The notes under the pieces were generated by a model. The model saw only the letters and a program-made list of their open reading frames with translations, made no database searches and was not told the origin of the DNA. Positions 9,102-18,052 of a stretch of 64,000 nt of DNA are shown one piece after another. The stretch's first letter is position 1. Each line of letters opens with the position of its first letter. Source of the stretch: a candidate division Kazan bacterium (GTDB lineage: Bacteria > Patescibacteriota > Kazan-3B-28); assembly GCA_003647645.1 (NCBI GenBank), contig QMNG01000002.1, forward strand, positions 1,151 through 65,150, written 5' to 3'. A program made the translations under genes and the position numbers.

Positions 9102-11309
9102 ATGGCAAATAAGAAAAAATTAGTTTTAATTGATGGAAATGCTTTAATTCACAGGGCTTTCCATGCTTTTTCAAGAGCCAATCTCGTTTCCCCTACTGGT
9201 GAGCCCACAGGGGGAACTTTCGGTTTTGCCATGATGCTTCTGGATATATTTACCAAACTTCGTCCTGACTACATAGCTGTAGCTTTTGACACCGGCAAAC
9301 CCACCTTCCGCCATGAGGAATACAAAGAATATAAGGCCCAGCGCGTTAAGGCACCTCAGGAGCTATATGATCAAATCCCCCGGATTCAAGAATTAGTTGA
9401 AACTTTTAATATCCCGGTTTTCTTAAAAGAGGGATTCGAGGCTGATGATGTTATCGGCACCCTAGCCCGCCAGGCTCCTCAGGACATTGATGTCTACATC
9501 GCTACGGGAGATATGGATGCCCTACAATTGGTGAACAACCACACTTTCGTTTATGCCCCTCGCAAAGGCTTCGCAGATATTGTTACTTACAATACGGAAA
9601 AGGTTTTAGAAACTAAGGGATTGCTGCCGGAGCAGATGATAGACTTCAAAGGTTTACGGGGTGATCCGTCTGACAACATCCCCGGCGTCCCGGGCATCGG
9701 CGAGGTAACCGCCAAAAAACTTCTATTTGAATTTAAAACAATGGAGAATATCTACCAAAATTTAGACAAGATTAAAGAAAAAACCAGGATCTTACTCCGA
9801 GATAATGAAAAAATTGCCCTGCAAAGCAAAAAACTGGCCACAATTTTAACGGATATTCCAATTGAACTCAATTTAAAAAAAGCTGAAGCAATTGAGTTTA
9901 ACCCAGAAGAAGTAAGGCAACTCTTTGATAAACTTGGTTTCCGAAGCTTAATCAATAAAATCCCCAATGGAACACTGAAAGTTTCTACTAATCAGCGAAG
10001 TTTTTTTGAGAAAGCCCCGAAAGGGGCCAGCAAATTTAAAGACAGAAACATCGCGAAAATTTCTAAAGGAATGGGTTATATACAAAAGCTTGATAAAGAT
10101 CTGGAGCCGGTTCTCCGCAAAATGGAGAAGAACGGAATTTTGTTAGATGTAAGTTTTTTGGAAAAAATGAAGCGAGACGTTTCGGCTCGGCTTCAAAAAC
10201 TTACCCAAAAAATCTATAGGGAGGCGGGTGAGGAATTTAATATTGCCTCCCCTCTCCAGTTAGCCAACATTCTTTTTAACAAACTAAAGCTCCCCACTAC
10301 CAATCCAGAATTTCCTATGCTAAATATCCGCAAAACAAAAACTGGTTATTCCACTAGTGTTTCGGAGTTGGAAAAATTAATTGGCCAACACAATATCATC
10401 GGACTAATTTTGGAGTATCGCCAGCTCGCCAAGCTTAAAAATACATACTTAGAAACCCTGCCCCAACAAGTTGACAAGAACAATCGCATTCATACCACTT
10501 ACGCACAAGACACCTCCACGGGGAGGCTAAGTTCATCTGATCCTAATTTACAAAATATTCCTATCCGTACTGAATTAGGAGCCGAGGTCCGCAAAGCATT
10601 TGTTGCTCCTCCCGGCAAAAAAATCCTCAAGGCTGACTATTCGCAGATTGAATTACGCATCGTTGCCCATTTGGCAAAAGACGAAACCATGATAGAAGCA
10701 TTTAAAAGGGGGGAAGATATCCACGCCCGCACCGCCGCAGAAATTACTGGCAAAAAGATGAATGAAATAACCAAAGCAGAGCGGCGCATTGCTAAAACTG
10801 TTAACTTTTCCATTCTCTACGGTGTCAGCCCTTGGGGATTGGCTGCCCGTTCTAATATGAGTGTCGCTCAAGCTCGTAAATATATAGAAAAATATTTTAA
10901 AATTTATAGCAACGTTAAAAAATATATGAAAAATACCATTGCTTTTGCTCAAAAGCACGGCTATGTCAAAACCCTATTGGGCAGAAAACGATACATCCCG
11001 GAAATCGATTCGAAGATTCCTCCGATGCGGGCTGCCGCTGAGCGGGCTGCTGCCAATATGCCGATCCAGGGCACCGCCGCGGATATGATTAAGGCCGCAA
11101 TGATTGAAATCGACAAAAAACTGTCAAAAGTTAGCCCAGATGCCAAGATGTTACTTCAGGTCCACGATGAATTGGTTTTTGAAGTACCGACCAAAGATGT
11201 TCCTAAAGTTTCTAAATTAGTTAAGACCGTGATGGAGAATGTATATAAACTAGATGTCCCTATTCTAGCTGACACCAAATCCGGCAAAAGTTGGGGTGAG
11301 ACAAAATAA
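9102..11309 (+). CDS. polA: DNA polymerase I, 5'-nuclease plus polymerase domains, no 3'-5' exonuclease domain (735 aa)
   Basis: 5'-nuclease block (LVLIDGNALIHRAFHA, GFEADDVIGTLA, GDPSDNIPGVPGIGEVTA). Family A motifs A (DYSQIELR), B (RRIAKTVNFSILYG) and C (QVHDELVFE). Confidence 0.92.
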   Translation: MANKKKLVLIDGNALIHRAFHAFSRANLVSPTGEPTGGTFGFAMMLLDIFTKLRPDYIAVAFDTGKPTFRHEEYKEYKAQRVKAPQELYDQIPRIQELVETFNIPVFLKEGFEADDVIGTLARQAPQDIDVYIATGDMDALQLVNNHTFVYAPRKGFADIVTYNTEKVLETKGLLPEQMIDFKGLRGDPSDNIPGVPGIGEVTAKKLLFEFKTMENIYQNLDKIKEKTRILLRDNEKIALQSKKLATILTDIPIELNLKKAEAIEFNPEEVRQLFDKLGFRSLINKIPNGTLKVSTNQRSFFEKAPKGASKFKDRNIAKISKGMGYIQKLDKDLEPVLRKMEKNGILLDVSFLEKMKRDVSARLQKLTQKIYREAGEEFNIASPLQLANILFNKLKLPTTNPEFPMLNIRKTKTGYSTSVSELEKLIGQHNIIGLILEYRQLAKLKNTYLETLPQQVDKNNRIHTTYAQDTSTGRLSSSDPNLQNIPIRTELGAEVRKAFVAPPGKKILKADYSQIELRIVAHLAKDETMIEAFKRGEDIHARTAAEITGKKMNEITKAERRIAKTVNFSILYGVSPWGLAARSNMSVAQARKYIEKYFKIYSNVKKYMKNTIAFAQKHGYVKTLLGRKRYIPEIDSKIPPMRAAAERAAANMPIQGTAADMIKAAMIEIDKKLSKVSPDAKMLLQVHDELVFEVPTKDVPKVSKLVKTVMENVYKLDVPILADTKSGKSWGETK

Positions 11310-12199
11310 TGCCCGAACTGCCCGAAGTAGAGACAGTTGTACGGGGGCTTGCCAAACACATCCTTGGTCAAACAATAAAAGATGTGGAGGTTTTAAATAA
11401 GAAGAGCTTCCAAGGTGGCCCTTCGACAAGCTCAGGGAATAAAAAATTACGAGGGTTGAAAATTAAATCTGTTTCGCGTCGAGGCAAAGGCATCATTATT
11501 AATCTCAGCAGGAATACTTCTTTGCTTGTTCACTTGAAGATGACGGGGCAGTTGATTTATATACCGACCCCCCTTCGCCACAAGGGCTACGGGGGGCTTC
11601 GACGACTTAACTTGGGTCATCCGACCCAAGATTTCGTAAACAAAATGCCCTCTCGACACAGTCGAGTAGTGCTTAAGTTGTCTCGAGGCACTTTATACTT
11701 CAACGACCAAAGGTTGTTTGGGTGGATTAGGGTTTTGCCGACCAAAGAGCTAAAAAACGACCCTTTTCTTAGTAAATTAGGACCTGATGCCCTTAAAATT
11801 TCAACGGCTCATTTATGGGCCGTTACAAAAAGACGCCCCCAAAACCCCATCAAGGCTATTTTATTAGATCAATCTGTTATTACCGGCCTTGGCAACATCT
11901 ATACTGACGAAGTTCTATTCGAAGCCGGCATCCGCCCCACCCGCAAGGGTAAAACCATCACTAAAAAGGATGTAGAGAAGTTGATTAAGGCCATTAAGAA
12001 GATTTTAACCAAAGGCATTAAATACTCTGGCACCAGCATTGTAAATTACAAAACCCCAGAAGGTTCACCGGGCCAGATGCAAAACTACCTAAAAGTCTAT
12101 TCCCGCGCCGGCCTCCCCTGCCGCAAGTGTAAAACCTCAATTACTAAAACAAGAGTAGCAAACAGGGGTACGCACCATTGTCCTAAATGCCAACAATAA
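11309..12199 (+). CDS. mutM: Formamidopyrimidine-DNA glycosylase (Fpg/MutM)
   Basis: MPELPEVE N-terminus, H2TH region, C-terminal zinc finger CRKC...CPKC. TAATG overlap with the polA stop. Confidence 0.9.
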   Translation: MPELPEVETVVRGLAKHILGQTIKDVEVLNKKSFQGGPSTSSGNKKLRGLKIKSVSRRGKGIIINLSRNTSLLVHLKMTGQLIYIPTPLRHKGYGGLRRLNLGHPTQDFVNKMPSRHSRVVLKLSRGTLYFNDQRLFGWIRVLPTKELKNDPFLSKLGPDALKISTAHLWAVTKRRPQNPIKAILLDQSVITGLGNIYTDEVLFEAGIRPTRKGKTITKKDVEKLIKAIKKILTKGIKYSGTSIVNYKTPEGSPGQMQNYLKVYSRAGLPCRKCKTSITKTRVANRGTHHCPKCQQ

Positions 12200-12284
12200 A
12201 ATATGTACTCACTCATTATGCTGGTGCCTCGATACTAGAAACGCCAGACAAGGCGCTTGTTACTACAACGGGCATCAAAAAAGA

Positions 12285-12312
12285 AAAGGCGTCCGCTTGA
12301 GGGGACGCCTTT
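12285..12312 (-). terminator. Rho-independent terminator of the 97-aa gene, shared spacer with mutM
   Basis: 10-bp perfect stem aaaggcgtcc / ggacgccttt with an 8-nt loop. On the - strand it is followed by ttttctttttt. Confidence 0.6.
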
Positions 12313-12327
12313 GTAGTTGGGGAAAAG

Positions 12328-12621
12328 TTACAGGCGCATGCGGGTAATCCGGAGGATGTACCCAAACTGGGTAAGCAATCTCTGCTCTTCCTGGCTGAGC
12401 TCTTTCTTCAAATCCTCCTTGTCGGCCGCCCTCTGGACTTTTTCTAGATAACAGTCTACCTCCATACCCTTTAGTTGAGCTTCATTCTCCAGCATGACTA
12501 TCAGCTCATGTGCTATTGGTCCGTGGCTGGCAAGCTTCCGGCGGATCTGGTCAATTACTGGCTGGGGGGTCGAAGCACGAGCCTCACGTATTTTAAGAAC
12601 AAGAGTCCCCAGAGATATCAT
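12328..12621 (-). CDS. Hypothetical 97-aa helical protein (orphan)
   Basis: ATG preceded by AAGGAGGTGAGGAG. Has its own promoter (12662-12690) and terminator (12285-12312). No motif recognised. Confidence 0.6.
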   Translation of the reverse strand: MISLGTLVLKIREARASTPQPVIDQIRRKLASHGPIAHELIVMLENEAQLKGMEVDCYLEKVQRAADKEDLKKELSQEEQRLLTQFGYILRITRMRL

Positions 12622-12661
12622 CTCCTCACCTCCTTAAAGAACATTGCAGTAGAGCGTTCCT

Positions 12662-12690
12662 AGTATATCTAAAAACCAGCTCCCAGTCAA
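12662..12690 (-). promoter_or_regulatory. Sigma-70-type promoter of the 97-aa gene
   Basis: - strand reads TTGACT-GGGAGCTGGTTTTTAGA(17)-TATACT. 26/29 identical to the promoter at 46447-46475. Confidence 0.5.
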
Positions 12691-12961
12691 AAAAAACGCC
12701 CAATTTAAAATAACTCTCCGGTCTCGCTCCAGATCTCAATCGCAGCCCATTTCCCCCAAAAATATAAAAACTAAACTTCCTAAATCCAGTTGCAACGCCC
12801 ACTATTGCAGAAAATATTAGAAACAGACAAAAAAGAAACCCCAACATTGGTAGGGGTGCTGTGTTCTTAAAAGCAGTGCCTCAATTAAAAAATCTTTCCT
12901 ACTTTTACAAGAAAAGGCTCACCTGTTTTAAAAACATACCGAAGAATTACTCGCTTCTGGG

Positions 12962-13249
12962 CTACCTATATTTAATTTCTTTAATTTCTTTGTTTTCTTT
13001 CTTTAATTCTTTATTAATCTTTTTAACTATCCTTGGGGTCTTTCTTTTTATTTCATTCAAAAACATACTATTGTTCACAGAGATTACTAAAATTCCTTCT
13101 CTAAAAGAAATGGCTTCCTGGCTGTCTATGATTTTAGACAAAAAAACTTGGTTGGCATATTTGTGCCACAGATCACAGACATTAACTTCCACCCCAAAAG
13201 AATCCTGCCGGGGTTTTTTAGATAAAATCTCCTTAAGTGGCTGGAACAT
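12962..13249 (-). CDS. DUF721/DciA-like protein (candidate replicative-helicase loader)
   Basis: 95 aa immediately after recF (17-nt overlap). The pattern W..(y)a........a.sf.eG.L.i.v.n.....El......i...in matches my memory of DUF721. Confidence 0.65.
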   Translation of the reverse strand: MFQPLKEILSKKPRQDSFGVEVNVCDLWHKYANQVFLSKIIDSQEAISFREGILVISVNNSMFLNEIKRKTPRIVKKINKELKKENKEIKEIKYR

Positions 13250-14327
13250 GGTTTTTAATTTCCCCTTTCTCTATCTCAAAAACTTTTGGTTCTGAAAATA
13301 ATTTAGGTATTGCTTGGTTATTGGCGGTAATAAACGACTGACGCTTTTTTATTTCTTCTACCATCGCCTGCCGCCGACTCTCGTCCAGCTCTGAGAAAAC
13401 ATCATCCAAAAGATATATGGGTGTTTCTTCTAATTTCTCTTTTAAATATTCCCCTTCTGCGAATTTCAAAGCCAAAACCATGCTTCGAAATTCTCCCCGG
13501 GATGCAGTGTGTCTAATATCTTGATTGTTGATCGTAAAAATTAAATCATCCCGATGGATTCCCTTGTTGGTAGTAGCCCGAGCAATATCCAGCCCTCGGC
13601 TACCCCTCAATATATTGAGATACTCTGTTTTTCGGGTGCTGTTTATATTGGGAATAAAATCTACGCCCGCATTGCTGCCGTTGGCCGAAAATTTAACATA
13701 ATATTTTTTAACCATACCAGAAAGTTCGGAAACAAATTGCATTCGCCGCTCGACAATTGCCGCACCTACCTGAGCCATCTTCTCATCCCAAACATCCAGT
13801 TCTTCCTCTAACGCTTTTTGTTGTTTTATCATCAACAGTAATTGATTCCGCTGAGAGCGAATCCGTCGAAAATCCGCCAAGTTTTTAGCATATTCCCTAT
13901 CGTGGCGACCAATCGCCAAATCAAGAAACCGGCGTCGATAGGTAGAACTCAAACGCAGAAGATCAATATCCTCTGGGGAAAAAATCACTGCAGGAAAAGC
14001 TTTAATTAAGTCGCCTGAACTAGCCGGCACGCCATTAATTTTTATGACCCGGCCCTCTTCGTTCCAATACAACTGGATGTACTTCTCTCGCCCTCCGTCT
14101 GTTATCCCCTCCACAAATACCATTGCTGCCTTTTCCCCTAATTTGATCAGATAGGCGCTCTGGCTTGTCCGGAAAGAGCTGCCTGATGCCACAGAATAAA
14201 AGGCTTCCAATATATTGGTCTTGCCCTGGGCATTGGCCCCAATCAATATATTAGTTATACCCAGATTCCCCAAATCAAGCTCGGTAATGTTTCTGAAGTT
14301 ATTGAGCCTTAAGCTATTTACTCGCAT
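13233..14327 (-). CDS. recF: DNA replication and repair protein RecF
   Basis: Walker A GANAQGKTNILEA, SMC-like signature SRGEFRSMVLALKFAE, Walker B YLLDDVFSELD. Confidence 0.9.
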   Translation of the reverse strand: MRVNSLRLNNFRNITELDLGNLGITNILIGANAQGKTNILEAFYSVASGSSFRTSQSAYLIKLGEKAAMVFVEGITDGGREKYIQLYWNEEGRVIKINGVPASSGDLIKAFPAVIFSPEDIDLLRLSSTYRRRFLDLAIGRHDREYAKNLADFRRIRSQRNQLLLMIKQQKALEEELDVWDEKMAQVGAAIVERRMQFVSELSGMVKKYYVKFSANGSNAGVDFIPNINSTRKTEYLNILRGSRGLDIARATTNKGIHRDDLIFTINNQDIRHTASRGEFRSMVLALKFAEGEYLKEKLEETPIYLLDDVFSELDESRRQAMVEEIKKRQSFITANNQAIPKLFSEPKVFEIEKGEIKNHVPAT

Positions 14328-14420
14328 AAATGTAATAAATAATTCTGAATGCCCAACAATAAACTATCGAAGAGTTGGTTTTTCTTCATTCTTCATTATT
14401 AACTCTTCATTCAAAGCAGA

Positions 14421-15554
14421 CTATTGCTTTAATGGCATCACAATATAGATCTGCCCATCGGTGTGAGCCGGCTTAAACACCCCAGGGGCAGTTTTGCCAG
14501 ACATTTCAAAACTACACTTGGGAGTTGTAAAACTATTCAACCCATCCAAGACATATTTGGCGTTAAAACTGATCTCCCCCCCCTCGCCCGTGACCACTCC
14601 GCTTAATTTAGAAGAGAAGCTACCCAGCTGAGAAGAACCAGAGGTCACTTCCACAACTCCTTCGGGTTTAATTTCTAGTTTCACACTATTAGAGCTCTCT
14701 GCAGAAAAGATATTTGCAGTTTTAAGAGTATCTCTTAGCGCCTGAACATCTAACTCTACTTTGGTCGCGCTATGGGATGGAATAATTTGTTTGTAGTTGG
14801 GATATTCTCCTTCTATCACTCTGGAAACCAATGTAGCATTCTCAAATACAAACATAACTTGGTTGTCTCCCACGCGTAGTTCAAATTCTTGCATCCCATC
14901 TAACATTCTCTTTACTTCCTGAAGAGTTCTAACAGGAATCACCACAGCAAAATCCTCTCCTATTTTTTCCTTAACCACCATTTCGGATAGCCGATAACTA
15001 TCAGTCGCCACCATAGAAATAGTTCCTTTACTAGAGACTAGATAGACACCCGTTAGAATGGGGCGTGATTCTTCATGGGATGCAGCAAACTCAACTCCTG
15101 ATAACATATCCCGGAAGAGCTCACTTCTAAACTTTACAATCTTTCCTCCTTCTACTTCGGGAATCACAGGATAGTCGTCGGCTGGAGTACCATTAACACT
15201 GGCTTTGGCATCCCCACATGTGATCTGAAGAATATTGTTTTTACTTTCTAAAACTACCGTGTCCCCACTTAAACTGTTAATCAGGTTTATTAAAGTTCTC
15301 CCCGGCACAGTAATAACACCCTCTTGATCAACTTTTCCTCCCAAAGAAAATTTGACCCCAATTTCCAAGTCTGTTGCTACCAGCTCTACACCCTTTTTTG
15401 ACGCTTTAATCAGCACATTATTTAAAATAGGAAGAGTACTACGGTTGTTAACAATCCTTTCCACTTTTAAAAGGGCAGATTTAAACTTTTCCAAAACCAA
15501 AGCCACATTAATATCCGCGCTTTTCTTTTCCTTCTCTAAAATATCTTTTTCCAT
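14421..15554 (-). CDS. dnaN: DNA polymerase III beta sliding clamp
   Basis: 377 aa in the dnaA-dnaN-recF context. LPILNNVLI, ATDSYRLS and YPNYKQIIP blocks. Confidence 0.93.
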   Translation of the reverse strand: MEKDILEKEKKSADINVALVLEKFKSALLKVERIVNNRSTLPILNNVLIKASKKGVELVATDLEIGVKFSLGGKVDQEGVITVPGRTLINLINSLSGDTVVLESKNNILQITCGDAKASVNGTPADDYPVIPEVEGGKIVKFRSELFRDMLSGVEFAASHEESRPILTGVYLVSSKGTISMVATDSYRLSEMVVKEKIGEDFAVVIPVRTLQEVKRMLDGMQEFELRVGDNQVMFVFENATLVSRVIEGEYPNYKQIIPSHSATKVELDVQALRDTLKTANIFSAESSNSVKLEIKPEGVVEVTSGSSQLGSFSSKLSGVVTGEGGEISFNAKYVLDGLNSFTTPKCSFEMSGKTAPGVFKPAHTDGQIYIVMPLKQ

Positions 15555-15667
15555 AATTGTTTTATTTAGAAGTAGTTATAGAAGTGTGATTATTGTGTAC
15601 TAATTAAATTATAAGCGGTGGCGGTATATTTAGGGAAATGTGGAACTGGGATAAAAAGTGGATTGTG

Positions 15668-15687
15668 TGTGGATAATATGTGGATAA
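15668..15687. promoter_or_regulatory. Two perfect DnaA boxes (TGTGGATAA = complement of TTATCCACA) 2 bp apart; core of the candidate oriC in the dnaA-dnaN spacer (15555-15711)
   Basis: tgtggataa at 15668-15676 and 15679-15687. A degenerate box ttatccccc lies at about 15704. An AT-rich stretch at 15555-15620 is a possible DUE. Confidence 0.7.
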
Positions 15688-15711
15688 AAGGCTTAACTTC
15701 AGATTATCCCC

Positions 15712-17082
15712 CTATTTGTCCACAGCGTAAAGCTTGTTTTTTATTTGGGTGACTTGATCAACTAAATACTCATTTTCCAAAAGAAGCTTCTTAATCTTTT
15801 TATAATCGTGAATAATAGTGGTGTGATCTCTGCCGCCCAGCTCATCTCCTATTTGCTTATAGGGTAGATCCAGCTCTTCCCGCAAAAGATAGATTAAAAC
15901 TTGGCGGGGAATAACTATTTCTCTAGTTCTCTTCCGACCGTAGAGTTCCTCCTTTTTTAGGTCAAAAAAACTGGCTACAGCACGAATTATTTCTGATGGC
16001 TTGACTATCCGACGCCCCGGTCCCGTGATAATGCCAGCCAGCAGATCTTTGGCATCCTCCGTGGTTAAGAGAGACTTGTTGAGTTCTGCAAAGGCCAGCA
16101 CCCGAGTCAGCGCACCTTCTAGCTCCCGAACATTATCTTTTACCACTCTTGCTATATAAACCAGTATGTCTTCGGGAATCTTCTTTTGGGATGCCTCTAA
16201 TTTAGAATGTAGTATAGCCAGACGAGTTTCATAGGAGGGAATAGAAATATCGGCGGTCATACCACAAATAAATCTCGAAATAAGTCTTTTTTCTAGGGCA
16301 GGAATAGCTTTTGGGGGACGATCTGAGGTCAGGACTATTTGTTTCCCTGCTCCATACAGAGCGTTAAAAGTATGGAAAAATTCCTCCTGAGTTTGCTCCT
16401 TACCCGATAAAAACTGGACATCATCTATCAATAAGCAATCCACATTCCGATATTTTTCCTTGAATTCTCTCATTGTTTTGTTGCGAATAGCATCTACCAT
16501 TTCGTTGGTGAATCGTTCAGAAGTAACATAGAGGACCTTAGAGTTGGGATTATTTTTTAGAATTTGGTTGCCGATGGCTTGCATCAAATGTGTTTTTCCC
16601 AATCCCACGCCCCCATAGATAAAGAGAGGATTATTGTTTACTCCTGGTTTTTCTGCCACAGCCTCAGCGGCGGCGTAGCATAATTTACTATTCTCCCCCA
16701 CTATAAACTGTTCGAAAGTAAATTTGGGGTTTAATCCTTCCCGAGGAGCTGTTTGGGAGAAGGCAGGGGCAACTTCCGATTTTAAGATGCTCCTTTCTAA
16801 GTTTGGCAAAGGCCTGGAGGAAGGTTTCTCTCCCGCTCCCACCACATACTGAACCATAACCACTTTACCTAGTTGTTTGTTGAGGCGGTTATGAATTTCT
16901 TTTTGGTATTTCTTCTGCAACCAGCTCTTGGTGAAATCATTAGGCACCCGAATGGTGACCACTCCTTTTTCAATGTCGATGCTATCTATTGCGGTATTTT
17001 TAAACCAAGTTTGAAAATTGGCGGGGCTCATACCCACTTCTATTTCTCCCAGCACTACTTGCCATAAATTATTTTTATCCAT
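15712..17082 (-). CDS. dnaA: Chromosomal replication initiator DnaA
   Basis: AAA+ Walker A GGVGLGKTHL, Walker B LLIDDVQF, sensor and box VII, C-terminal HTH (GGRDHTTIIH). Confidence 0.95.
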   Translation of the reverse strand: MDKNNLWQVVLGEIEVGMSPANFQTWFKNTAIDSIDIEKGVVTIRVPNDFTKSWLQKKYQKEIHNRLNKQLGKVVMVQYVVGAGEKPSSRPLPNLERSILKSEVAPAFSQTAPREGLNPKFTFEQFIVGENSKLCYAAAEAVAEKPGVNNNPLFIYGGVGLGKTHLMQAIGNQILKNNPNSKVLYVTSERFTNEMVDAIRNKTMREFKEKYRNVDCLLIDDVQFLSGKEQTQEEFFHTFNALYGAGKQIVLTSDRPPKAIPALEKRLISRFICGMTADISIPSYETRLAILHSKLEASQKKIPEDILVYIARVVKDNVRELEGALTRVLAFAELNKSLLTTEDAKDLLAGIITGPGRRIVKPSEIIRAVASFFDLKKEELYGRKRTREIVIPRQVLIYLLREELDLPYKQIGDELGGRDHTTIIHDYKKIKKLLLENEYLVDQVTQIKNKLYAVDK

Positions 17083-17289
17083 CCTATCAGAAGTCCTTAT
17101 CGAAAAATTTTTATTACTGATGTATTGACACTATTTAGCCCGACATCGATTAAACCTTTCCAAGTTCACTAGTTGACCAAATTTACAGCAGAACTTATTC
17201 CCCTAGGTTTTCCTTGTACACTTTAATCTAACAAAGTTATCCCCATTTGTATAATGACCTTAGTTAGCCGATTTGGGGAGCTTTTTTAA

Positions 17290-17319
17290 TTGACCACTAA
17301 CCAGCTATATGCCTATACT
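17290..17319 (+). promoter_or_regulatory. Candidate promoter of the rpmH operon
   Basis: TTGACC (17290-17295), 18-nt spacer, TATACT (17314-17319), ~40 nt upstream of the rpmH ATG. Confidence 0.45.
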
Positions 17320-17360
17320 TGGTTGGGAGTTGAGGAATTTTGGTTTTCTAATTTTTGAAT

Positions 17361-17495
17361 ATGAAGAGGACATACCAGCCCAATAAGAGAAAAAAACAAA
17401 AAACCCATGGTTTTCGAGCTAGAATGGCGGCGAGCTCCGGGCGAAATGTTTTGAAAAGACGGCGCGCAAAGGGCAGGGGGAGGTTGAGTCACTAG
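17361..17495 (+). CDS. rpmH: 50S ribosomal protein L34 (44 aa; below the ORF-track size cutoff)
   Basis: My translation is [44 protein letters not shown], ending at TAG 17493-17495. Canonical position upstream of rnpA. Confidence 0.9.
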   Translation: MKRTYQPNKRKKQKTHGFRARMAASSGRNVLKRRRAKGRGRLSH

Positions 17496-17507
17496 GATTT
17501 TAAGACG

Positions 17508-17810
17508 ATGAGCAAATTAACAAAGGGCGCCCCAGAAAGGATAATACGCCAGGGCCGATCTATTCATGGGCGCGGTTTTGTGATCTATTTTTTGGAGGCT
17601 CCTTACAAGGTAGAACCCCGCATCGTGATCAGCAATAAAGTGGACAAGCGGGCGGTTGTACGGAATAAGCTGCGTCGGCAGATTAAAAATATTTTAAGGG
17701 ATATCAATTTCTCTAATCTCGGGCTGGTTGTTATTGTGAAGAAGGAGATATTAAAGCTTAATTTTCAGCGTCTTAGGCAAAATTTTTTGAAGGCTTTTAA
17801 AAAAATATGA
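17508..17810 (+). CDS. rnpA: Ribonuclease P protein component
   Basis: 100-aa basic protein with an RNR-like motif (VRNKLRRQIKNILR), in the rpmH-rnpA-yidD-yidC context. Confidence 0.85.
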   Translation: MSKLTKGAPERIIRQGRSIHGRGFVIYFLEAPYKVEPRIVISNKVDKRAVVRNKLRRQIKNILRDINFSNLGLVVIVKKEILKLNFQRLRQNFLKAFKKI

Positions 17811-18052
17811 AAACACTTTTTATCTGGCTTATAGAGCTGTACCAAAAAACTTTGTCCCCTGACCACGGGTGGCTTAGTCGATTTTATCCTCATGGAGTGT
17901 GTCGTTACTATCCCAGCTGTAGTGAATATACCAAAGAGTCAATTAAAGAATGGGGAGTAGCTAAAGGTATTTTTGTGGGTGTTGCCCGAATATGCCGATG
18001 CCATCCTTGGGCAGCTAGCGGCTTAGATCCAGTAATAAGAAAGGATAAATAA
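17807..18052 (+). CDS. yidD: Membrane protein insertion efficiency factor YidD
   Basis: YQKTLSP...CRYYPSCSEYTKESI...RICRCHPW. Confidence 0.88.
   Translation: MKTLFIWLIELYQKTLSPDHGWLSRFYPHGVCRYYPSCSEYTKESIKEWGVAKGIFVGVARICRCHPWAASGLDPVIRKDK

Noticed and set aside
11415-11440. ccttcgacaagctcagggaa inside mutM, which resembles a short repeat I vaguely recall from uncultivated-lineage genomes
   Set aside because: There is only one copy in the window. The Fpg region has normal length compared with E. coli Fpg, so there is no evidence of an insertion. My recollection cannot be verified without a search.
12626-12847. 73-aa - strand ORF between the DUF721 gene and the 97-aa gene
   Set aside because: It overlaps the promoter of the 97-aa gene and a candidate hairpin. 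It has hydrophobic low-complexity sequence and no SD, so it is most likely non-coding spacer.
12861-13295. 144-aa + strand ORF rich in Phe/Leu/Ser
   Set aside because: It is antisense to the DUF721 gene and the recF 3' end, has low-complexity composition and no SD. The - strand genes have family-level support.
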